From the NCBI GenBank assembly GCA_965227095.1, contig CBDDFL010000001.1, forward strand, positions 85,539-149,538: a stretch of 64,000 nucleotides of DNA, read 5' to 3'. Shown piece by piece: positions 57,220-64,000 of this stretch; position 1 is the stretch's first letter; every line of letters starts with the position of its first letter. A program made the translations under genes and the position numbers. The DNA comes from Alphaproteobacteria bacterium (GTDB taxonomy: Bacteria; Pseudomonadota; Alphaproteobacteria; JANQMY01). Below the pieces are notes generated by a model. The model was not told the origin of the DNA. It worked only from the letters and a program-made list of their open reading frames with translations, and ran no database searches.

Positions 57220-57807
57220 TTATGAATTCTGTATGCGTTGATCTAGGGCGCGATCGACTGATGGCCACTCGCCCCGCAGGATTGAGAAATAGGCGCTGTC
57301 CCGATACGTGCCGTCCGGCAGCAGCATGTGGTGGCGCAAAATGCCTTCTTCGACGGCCCCTAACTTGCGCAACGCGGCGCGGGACCGGGCATTGCGCGCA
57401 TCGGTCTTAAACTCTACCCGGTTCGCCCCACAATCGAACGCATGTTGCAACAGCAAGCGTTTGCAAGAGGGATTCACCTGCGTTCCGTGAACGGAGGGGT
57501 GATACCAGGTGCCACCGATTTCCACCTTATGATCATGCGGCGCGATGTTGAGATAACAGCTCATGCCGACGATGCGGTCGCCTGACATGCCTTTGGCAAA
57601 CACCGTGTGCGGGATCCACCGGCGCGCGTCAAATTCGTGCCGCAGATAGGCAAAGAAAGGTTTGAATTGTTCGCCGGCGCCCCCGGCCGGCATATAGGTC
57701 CAGATGTCTGTATCATCTGCCATGTCCAGAAGACCCGGCAGGTGGGCATCCACAATCGGCTCCATACGGACGAAATCATTTTCTAAAACAGCGGGTTCGA
57801 GCTTCAC
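57220..57807 (-). CDS. GNAT-family N-acetyltransferase (RimJ/RimL-like)
   Basis: Acetyl-CoA motif A region RVEFKTDARNARSRAALRKLGA. Confidence 0.75.
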   Translation of the reverse strand: MKLEPAVLENDFVRMEPIVDAHLPGLLDMADDTDIWTYMPAGGAGEQFKPFFAYLRHEFDARRWIPHTVFAKGMSGDRIVGMSCYLNIAPHDHKVEIGGTWYHPSVHGTQVNPSCKRLLLQHAFDCGANRVEFKTDARNARSRAALRKLGAVEEGILRHHMLLPDGTYRDSAYFSILRGEWPSVDRALDQRIQNS

Positions 57808-58154
57808 GTGTTCACCTCACGCGCGCTGGCGCACGCGGTGCAGACGGCCGCAGCCGGATCTAGATCCAATCTCTTCTCCACAATCTCTTCCCCGCAGGCC
57901 ACACAGTAGCCAAATTCGTCATCATCCATTCGGGCAAGTGCTGCCGCAATTTGCTTCAGGCGCACACCGCGCCGCCGTTCTTCCGCCAGGGCCATGCTTT
58001 GCTGTTGCAGGGCGTCCATGCGCGACAAACGCCCGACGCTTTGCTGGTCCAGCTCCACCGGCGCGCGCTCGTCCGCACTGGCCGTTTGCAGGGCGGTGAT
58101 CTCTTCGCGTTCCTGAGATAATAGAGAGCGATATTTTTGAACGTCTAGTGCCAT
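57804..58154 (-). CDS. DksA/TraR-family C4-type zinc-finger protein
   Basis: Coiled-coil then CVACGEEI...CTAC four-Cys finger. Confidence 0.75.
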   Translation of the reverse strand: MALDVQKYRSLLSQEREEITALQTASADERAPVELDQQSVGRLSRMDALQQQSMALAEERRRGVRLKQIAAALARMDDDEFGYCVACGEEIVEKRLDLDPAAAVCTACASAREVNT

Positions 58155-58260
58155 AGTCGCTTCATGGTAGACGAATTAGCTGCGAAAGGTGAACACAGCC
58201 TGGAAACCGATCCTTTTTGCAAGACGAACCTTGCATGTGGAAAGGAATGAACTCTCGGGC

Positions 58261-59262
58261 CTAGTGTTTCGCGTCCAGCGACAACCATAGGCGCAGCAGG
58301 TGGCGCTTGCGGTCCGGTTCCGGCCAATCCTCATAATTCGTGCGGGCATGAAGGTTGGTGTGGTTCGATAACAGCTGAATGTCGCCGGGTTCCAGATCCA
58401 TATCGAAATAGAGCGCTGGGTCGGCGGCCACCTTTTCATAGAGGTCCATCAAGGTTTGGCGCTCTTCCGTGAAGGGCGGCACATCGTCGTGGCGTACCAC
58501 GGATCGAAAATAATCCGAATGATAAAACGTCCGCAACGACCCATTAGCAAACCGGCAGGGTTCAATGGGAATGTGGCCCGGCATGCCATCATTGCCTTCA
58601 TTGCGCCGGTCCAACAAAAACGCCTCGAACAATTGCGGCGCAAGGTCCGGCCGTTGTGCGAGTACTTCATTGAAAACCGTCACGGAGCTGACGATCCGGC
58701 TTTTGCCGCCGGATTTTGCTTTTTGCAAGCAGAGGAGGCCCACCACATCCGCCGCATCGCAGTGATATTCAATATTCGAAGCGGTGCGATAGAGCCGCAC
58801 AAACGGATCGTCGGCACTGTCGCCCGTATCGGTCACATGGCCCAGCAGATCTCCTTGCGGATTTTGCGCACCCGGCAGACCCAAATGCAGGCCAAAACAC
58901 CAAAAGACCCGTTCGGAGTCTTCTTGGCTCCACTCTGACACAGGGACGCCAGAGATCACTTGGAAGCCGCGTCCCGACGTAAGCTCTTCACGCCAGGCGC
59001 TAAACTGATCGGCCAGGGACGGCAGTGGGAAGTCATTGGCCACCAGCTCCCCCACCGGTTTTCCTGTGGCCTTGGACTGAGTGATGGCCTGCGTAATTTC
59101 ACCCACATCCGATGGTGTCAGTGCATAACGCCAGCCATCCGTCTGCCGCACCTCGTCGCCACGCCATGCGGCCGCAACGCGCAGCGGTTCCGACAATACA
59201 TCCGTATGGGGACGGTCAAAATAATGCAGGGTTTGATCGAGAAAGCTTTTGTAATGGGCCAC
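58261..59262 (-). CDS. TauD/TfdA-family Fe(II)/2-oxoglutarate dioxygenase
   Basis: HxD facial triad context IEYHCDAAD, distal His and Arg (NLHARTNY). Confidence 0.7.
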   Translation of the reverse strand: MAHYKSFLDQTLHYFDRPHTDVLSEPLRVAAAWRGDEVRQTDGWRYALTPSDVGEITQAITQSKATGKPVGELVANDFPLPSLADQFSAWREELTSGRGFQVISGVPVSEWSQEDSERVFWCFGLHLGLPGAQNPQGDLLGHVTDTGDSADDPFVRLYRTASNIEYHCDAADVVGLLCLQKAKSGGKSRIVSSVTVFNEVLAQRPDLAPQLFEAFLLDRRNEGNDGMPGHIPIEPCRFANGSLRTFYHSDYFRSVVRHDDVPPFTEERQTLMDLYEKVAADPALYFDMDLEPGDIQLLSNHTNLHARTNYEDWPEPDRKRHLLRLWLSLDAKH

Positions 59263-59279
59263 GGGACGCGTCCTTGTTG

Positions 59280-60623
59280 TTATCCACCCGAACCTATGGA
59301 GACGCCGCCCAAATATTTCTGGAAAATCCCATCACGCGTGCCGTCAATGGTTTTTTGGGTAAGCCAGGTATCCACATAATGGCGCCAAGCATCGTCCTGA
59401 GGCAGAAGGAATCCCTTTTCCGCAACCGTCAAGGTGCGCCCCGGCATGGCCCGGCACAAAGACGGGTTGCGCCCGGCTTGATAGAGCACTTCGATCAAAT
59501 CCGTGACCATCACATCCGCGCGGTTCGCTGCTATTTCCTGGAAGATCTTCGTATTATCGTCGAACACCGTCACGTTCGCGGCGTATAGATTTTTGGTGGT
59601 GAACTTTTGATTTGTGCCACCCGGGTTCACCACCACCCGCGTGGTTGGCCGGTTGAGATCGCTGAGCGAATGGTATTTGCTCACATCACCGCACCGGACG
59701 ATGGGTGCTTTACCGCCCGAATGATAGGCGCCCGAGAAATAGGCCTTCTGCGCCCGGGCAAGTGTGCGGGTGATGCCGCTCATGGCGATGTCGAATTTGC
59801 CCGCTTCAAAATCTTGCATCAGGGTAGGCCAGGTGGTCTGCACAAATTCCACCTCAACACCCAGCGTTTGGCCCAGACTATTGGCAAGATCGATGTCGAT
59901 GCCGGTGAAGCCGTCCCCTTTTGCAATCGAAAACGGCGGATAATCCCCCGTGGTGCCCACGCGCAATGTGCCGGCGGCCAGCACCGCGCCTAAGACGCCG
60001 TCCGGTTCTGTGGAGGCATCGCCCGTGCCATATTCAATTTGCGCGGCGGTGCGCACCAGAGTGTCGGCGGTTTCCGCGCCCAGCCCCAAGGGCTCCAATT
60101 GGGCGGCCAATCGGATAGCCAATGCTTCCTTCTGATCATCCGACGCAAGAAGGGGCTGGACCATCAGCAACTGATCCAAAATCCGCGCCGTGACGGCGGA
60201 GATCGCCGGGCGTAACGTTCTGCTTAAACTGGGTGCTGGCGCGGGAGAAGACTTACCGGCGCGCCATTGTTTGGTCGCTTGGTTCTGAATGGCCTTAGCG
60301 GCATCCATTTGCGCCACCACAAAGGGCGTGATGGTATCGGGGTCAAGGCCCGCTGCCGCCGCGTTTTTCTTGGACGCATCGATCACACGTGCCTCGCGCG
60401 GTGCGTCGGTGATCTTGCCATAGGCCTGCCATTTGGCAGCGGCCACTTGTTCCATCAGATAGAGACGGTGCACCAGCAAATCGCCCAAGCGTTCAAGTTC
60501 CGGCGACAGCACCACCTGTTCTTGAACCGGGTCGTCTTCCGCCACGCTGGCATAGGGAACTGCCATGAAACCGATGGCCACAACGCCTGCACACATGAAC
60601 GCCGCTGATCTGAGGAATGACAT
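59280..60623 (-). CDS. Periplasmic chorismate mutase (AroQ-gamma) fused to cyclohexadienyl dehydratase (PheC, SBP_bac_3 fold)
   Basis: Signal peptide; N-terminal CM domain ...RLGDLLVHRLYLMEQVAAAKW...; C-terminal PBP type-3 domain LRVGTTGDYPPFS...DIAMSGITRT. Confidence 0.75.
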   Translation of the reverse strand: MSFLRSAAFMCAGVVAIGFMAVPYASVAEDDPVQEQVVLSPELERLGDLLVHRLYLMEQVAAAKWQAYGKITDAPREARVIDASKKNAAAAGLDPDTITPFVVAQMDAAKAIQNQATKQWRAGKSSPAPAPSLSRTLRPAISAVTARILDQLLMVQPLLASDDQKEALAIRLAAQLEPLGLGAETADTLVRTAAQIEYGTGDASTEPDGVLGAVLAAGTLRVGTTGDYPPFSIAKGDGFTGIDIDLANSLGQTLGVEVEFVQTTWPTLMQDFEAGKFDIAMSGITRTLARAQKAYFSGAYHSGGKAPIVRCGDVSKYHSLSDLNRPTTRVVVNPGGTNQKFTTKNLYAANVTVFDDNTKIFQEIAANRADVMVTDLIEVLYQAGRNPSLCRAMPGRTLTVAEKGFLLPQDDAWRHYVDTWLTQKTIDGTRDGIFQKYLGGVSIGSGG

Positions 60624-60625
60624 GG

Positions 60626-62335
60626 TCAGCCTTTCTTGCCTTTGGCTTTGCTCCAGCTATCCCGCAACCCGATGGTGCGGTTATAGACCAGATGATCCGG
60701 CGTACTGTCCGGATCCGGAACAAAATAGCCCAACCGTTCAAACTGCACGGTTTCCGGATTGTTCGCCGCCGCAAGGGAAGGTTCCAGTTTGCAGTTCAGC
60801 AGAACCTCCCGCGAGGTCGGGTTCAAATCTTCCATCACGTCTTCCTTGCCCGCCCCCGGCACTTCCGAGGCAAACAACCGGTCATAGATCCGCACTTCCG
60901 CATCCACCGCATGGCGGGCAGAGACCCAATGCATGGTCGATTTCACTTTACGTCCATCCGGTGCGTTGCCGCCCTTTGTTTCCGGGTCATAGGTGCAACG
61001 GACTTCTATAACCTCGCCATTTTCATCTTTGATGACACCGGTGCAGGTAAGGAAATAGGCATAGCGAAAGCGCACTTCCCGGCCTGGGGCCAGACGGAAG
61101 AACTTTTTCGGCGGATCTTCCATGAAGTCGTCCCGCTCAATGTAAAGCTCGCGCGAGAACGGCACGGGCCGGCGGCCCGCTTCTTCATCTTCCGGATTAT
61201 TGATGGCCTGAACCTCTTCCACTTGGTCTTCCGGATAGTTTTCAATCACCACTTTCAACGGATTGAGCACGGCCATGCGGCGCGGAGCTGCTTTGTTGAG
61301 ATATTCCCGAACACAGGCATCCAGCAGCTCAATTTCCACCGTGCCTTCATTCTTGTTGATATCAAGCCGGCCGATGAAATCCCGCAGCGCTTCGGGGGGG
61401 ATGCCCCGGCGCCGCATCCCTGAAATGGTGGGCATGCGCGGATCATCCCAACCGTCCACATGGTTTTCCTGAACCAGTTGTATCAAACGGCGTTTGGACA
61501 GCACCGTATAGGTCACGCCGAGCCGCGCGAATTCATACTGGCGCGGTTCCGACGGCACGGGCAGTTTTTCCACCAGCCAATCATAAAGCGGTCGATGGTC
61601 GGCAAATTCCAGCGTACACAGGGAATGGGTGATGTGTTCCAGCGAATCCGACTGGCCATGGGCAAAGTCGTAGGTCGGATAGATATGCCAGGTATCGCCC
61701 GTGCGCGGGTGATGGGCATTCAAAATGCGGTAGAGCGTCGGGTCGCGCATATTGATATTGCCCGCGGCCATGTCGATTTTCGCGCGCAGAACCCGTTCCC
61801 CATCGGCGAATTCGCCCGCCTTCATACGCCGGAACAGGTCGAGATTTTCCTCAACGCTGCGGTCGCGGTAGGGGCTGGGTTTGCCGGGTTCGGTCAAGGT
61901 GCCGCGATATTCCCGCATTTCTTCCGCGGACAGATCTTCCACATAAGCAAGCCCTTGTTCGATTAGATATTCCGCCCAATCATAGAGCTGCTGGAAATAG
62001 TCTGACGCAAAGAACAGATTGTCGCCCCAATCGAAGCCCAGCCATTTCACATCGCGCTGGATGGCATCGATATATTCTTGCTCTTCCTTCTTGGGATTGG
62101 TGTCATCAAAACGCAGATGGCAGGTGCCGCCAAATTCTTCCGCCAACCCAAAATTGAGGCAGATGGACAAAGCATGTCCCATATGCAGATAGCCATTTGG
62201 TTCCGGCGGAAACCGGGTCACGATGCTTTTATGTTTTCCGGACGCAAGGTCTTCACGAATGATGGTGCGGACGAAATCGGTCTTTTCGCGGGGGGCTGCA
62301 TCCGTTTCCGTGGCAGCAATATCGGTCTTTGTCAT
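60626..62335 (-). CDS. glnS: Glutaminyl-tRNA synthetase
   Basis: Class I HIGH ([12 protein letters not shown]) and KMSKS-equivalent (VLSKR) motifs, GlnRS anticodon-binding beta-barrels; start at MTKTDIA. Confidence 0.9.
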   Translation of the reverse strand: MTKTDIAATETDAAPREKTDFVRTIIREDLASGKHKSIVTRFPPEPNGYLHMGHALSICLNFGLAEEFGGTCHLRFDDTNPKKEEQEYIDAIQRDVKWLGFDWGDNLFFASDYFQQLYDWAEYLIEQGLAYVEDLSAEEMREYRGTLTEPGKPSPYRDRSVEENLDLFRRMKAGEFADGERVLRAKIDMAAGNINMRDPTLYRILNAHHPRTGDTWHIYPTYDFAHGQSDSLEHITHSLCTLEFADHRPLYDWLVEKLPVPSEPRQYEFARLGVTYTVLSKRRLIQLVQENHVDGWDDPRMPTISGMRRRGIPPEALRDFIGRLDINKNEGTVEIELLDACVREYLNKAAPRRMAVLNPLKVVIENYPEDQVEEVQAINNPEDEEAGRRPVPFSRELYIERDDFMEDPPKKFFRLAPGREVRFRYAYFLTCTGVIKDENGEVIEVRCTYDPETKGGNAPDGRKVKSTMHWVSARHAVDAEVRIYDRLFASEVPGAGKEDVMEDLNPTSREVLLNCKLEPSLAAANNPETVQFERLGYFVPDPDSTPDHLVYNRTIGLRDSWSKAKGKKG

Positions 62336-62477
62336 GTATCGGCACAATTGCGGGCGTTAGCGAACCCGCAGATAGAGGTGGAAAATATTTCTCCCTGTGT
62401 GCCAGAAAATGCCTCTCACGCCAACCGCGCAGAAAAGCATTCAAGGAGGGACACGGATTTCGGATCTTGATGACCGC

Positions 62478-62870
62478 CTAATCGTTCGGCAAGACCACTG
62501 GTTTGCCATGGGGGGTGTCGCGATAGGCCTGGGCCCAGGCCACCTTCAAATCGGTCAGACCGTCGGCATCTGCCGCCCCTTTCTGGGTGACGATCCGTTC
62601 CAATGCCGCCAACCAGAACTCATAATAGCGCCCGCCCGACTGGTCATCTTGACCGCGATGGTCGCCGATAACGGCTCCCAAGGTACTGGCCCACTCGTCC
62701 CACGAAAAAAGGCCGTTTTGATACAGCGCGATGGTCATGGCGAAGGCGTGCGCCTGCCACGGTTCGGCAAAGACGGGGTCCGCCTCTTGTTTCAACGCGT
62801 CCGGCACCAGGGACGCGAATTTCTGTTGTGATGGGTCAGGCGCGTTCAAGATAGGGCTCCCACAGATCAA
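62478..62870 (-). CDS. Nitrile hydratase accessory/activator protein (beta-homolog, P14K/NhlE-like)
   Basis: FAEPWQAHAFAMTIAL...LFSWDEW resembles the NHase beta N-terminal helix; immediately downstream of beta; overlaps the beta 3' end. Confidence 0.6.
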   Translation of the reverse strand: MICGSPILNAPDPSQQKFASLVPDALKQEADPVFAEPWQAHAFAMTIALYQNGLFSWDEWASTLGAVIGDHRGQDDQSGGRYYEFWLAALERIVTQKGAADADGLTDLKVAWAQAYRDTPHGKPVVLPND

Positions 62871-63516
62871 GGGTCACGGTGTCTTTCGGATGGGCCGTCT
62901 CGCCCCACAGGGTTCGCGCTGTAAACCGCACCGAATAAAGATGCGCGGGATTTTCCCCCTCAAACTTTGCGTTGGTATCGGGAAAGACATGGGCGCCGTG
63001 ATGGGCAACGATGGTGCCCACCTTGTCGCGCGCATAGCGCGGCAGCCTGGTGTGCCCCTCCACCCGAAGATTTTTCGTGTGAATCTGGTCGCCTACCTTG
63101 AAAGCTGGTGTCGCCTCAATCTCTCGAGAAGCCGGGGCCCCTGCTTGCAGGACTGCCAGCACCAGGTCAGCCGGCACGGGTGGCGTATCCGGCTTCGCCC
63201 CCAAATCCGGCGTCCTGCCCTGGTTCACCTGATCAATCTGATCGTCCGACAGCACGCCGTTAACGCGACATCGGGACATCACGCCTTCAAACCAGCGTTC
63301 GTAATAGGATATACGCAGATAGTCCGCTGGCGGAACGGTTTCCATGGAATGACGGGTATTGTCCGTATTGCCTGGTAAAAATGCCGTGCTGACAAGATTG
63401 AGGGCCAAGACGCGTCCTTCCCATGGCGCGTGAAACACGGGCTCATCAATTTCGATCGGGATGGGACCGAAGCCCGCCATGCCGCCCATATCGTGAATGC
63501 CATCCATGAGCGTCAC
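62836..63516 (-). CDS. nthB: Nitrile hydratase beta subunit
   Basis: [16 protein letters not shown] start, central and C-terminal beta-barrel ...[15 protein letters not shown]...LWEPYLE. Confidence 0.85.
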   Translation of the reverse strand: MTLMDGIHDMGGMAGFGPIPIEIDEPVFHAPWEGRVLALNLVSTAFLPGNTDNTRHSMETVPPADYLRISYYERWFEGVMSRCRVNGVLSDDQIDQVNQGRTPDLGAKPDTPPVPADLVLAVLQAGAPASREIEATPAFKVGDQIHTKNLRVEGHTRLPRYARDKVGTIVAHHGAHVFPDTNAKFEGENPAHLYSVRFTARTLWGETAHPKDTVTLDLWEPYLERA

Positions 63517-64000
63517 CCTTTTTCCGGCGCAGCGGCAAGACCCGTGCCGATCATTGAATCGCGTGTTACCAATTCCGCGAGCTGATCTTCCGTCATACCG
63601 TCCGTGCCGTGCGGCCGCTCGGGCAACACCAGATACCGCACTTCAGCGGTGGAATCCCACACCCGCACTTCCGTGTCATCGCTTACCGTAACGCCGAATT
63701 CTTCCAACACCTTTCGCGGTTCGCTGACCGCACGGGCACGGTAAGCGGAAGACTTGTACCAAGCAGGCGGCAGCCCCAGGACCGGCCAGGGGTAACACGA
63801 ACACAATGTGCACACGACCATGTTGTGCACCGCGTCCGTATTTTCCACAACCACCATATCTTCGCCTTGCATGGCGGGAAAGCCAAAGTCCGCGATGGTG
63901 GCCGACCCGTCTGCCAGCAGTTTTTGTTTGAAGGCCGGGTCGGACCAGGCACGGGCCACAACACGGGCGCCGTTTTTCGGGCCCACTTTGTTTTCATAGA
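63513..64000 (-). CDS. nthA: Nitrile hydratase alpha subunit, cobalt type (N-terminus outside window)
   Basis: Metal-site [10 protein letters not shown] (T and Y define Co-type versus Fe-type CSLCSCT). The alignment implies about 45 further N-terminal residues beyond 64000. Confidence 0.85.
   Translation of the reverse strand, partial: YENKVGPKNGARVVARAWSDPAFKQKLLADGSATIADFGFPAMQGEDMVVVENTDAVHNMVVCTLCSCYPWPVLGLPPAWYKSSAYRARAVSEPRKVLEEFGVTVSDDTEVRVWDSTAEVRYLVLPERPHGTDGMTEDQLAELVTRDSMIGTGLAAAPEKG

Overview
64 kb of high-GC (about 58-60%) proteobacterial chromosome. The left three quarters (about 1-48 kb) are accessory and catabolic; the right quarter is housekeeping.

Coding content: the accessory part is rich in oxygenases. 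It holds two CYP153-type cytochrome P450s, each with a divergent TetR regulator and a perfect palindromic operator. It also holds a Baeyer-Villiger monooxygenase, a flavin-containing monooxygenase, a FAD aromatic hydroxylase plus MarR, a PhyH dioxygenase, a TauD-like dioxygenase, a pirin and cupins. Other genes encode esterases or lipases, a PQQ-type soluble sugar dehydrogenase, a RuBisCO-like protein, NAD-malic enzyme, a DoxX-YqjG (glutathionyl-hydroquinone reductase) pair and a NavAb-like bacterial sodium channel. The housekeeping part carries gltB-gltD, glnS, a periplasmic chorismate mutase/cyclohexadienyl dehydratase, and a Co-type nitrile hydratase alpha/beta/accessory set that runs off the right edge.

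Mobile and repetitive DNA:
- An IS5-family transposase 3' fragment lies at the left edge.
- A compact 3.5 kb Tn5053/Tn7-superfamily tniA-tniB-tniQ element has TGT...ACA termini and arrays of TTAAGGGCAA sites. It has no cargo, no resolvase and no target-site duplication, and it abuts a 5'-truncated thiolase gene.
- An intact IS1182-like IS (22-bp inverted repeats, GTAC duplication) cleanly splits one of two tandem alkaline-phosphatase-family paralogs.
- A RAYT (REP-associated tyrosine transposase) is flanked by inverted copies of a 33-bp palindromic REP, and at least six REP copies are clustered at 23.2-29.2 kb.
- A (CTCAGCA)11 heptanucleotide microsatellite sits between a tetR 3' end and the FMO promoter.
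- A duplicated 5' segment of the PhyH gene is fused to a REP.
- There is a 1.5 kb low-GC islet and an unexplained 0.8 kb GC-rich, hairpin-rich non-coding tract upstream of doxX.

No CRISPR array, rRNA gene or tRNA gene was recognised. No single obviously new multi-gene system is proven. The strongest candidates for follow-up are the REP/RAYT-remodelled locus, the heptamer-repeat promoter, the minimal tniABQ element, the Cys-repeat/SPOR secreted protein and the 0.8 kb non-coding tract. The presence of glnS and a REP/RAYT system argues for a gamma or beta lineage rather than a typical alphaproteobacterium, and the CYP153/BVMO content fits a marine hydrocarbon degrader; this lineage call is tentative.
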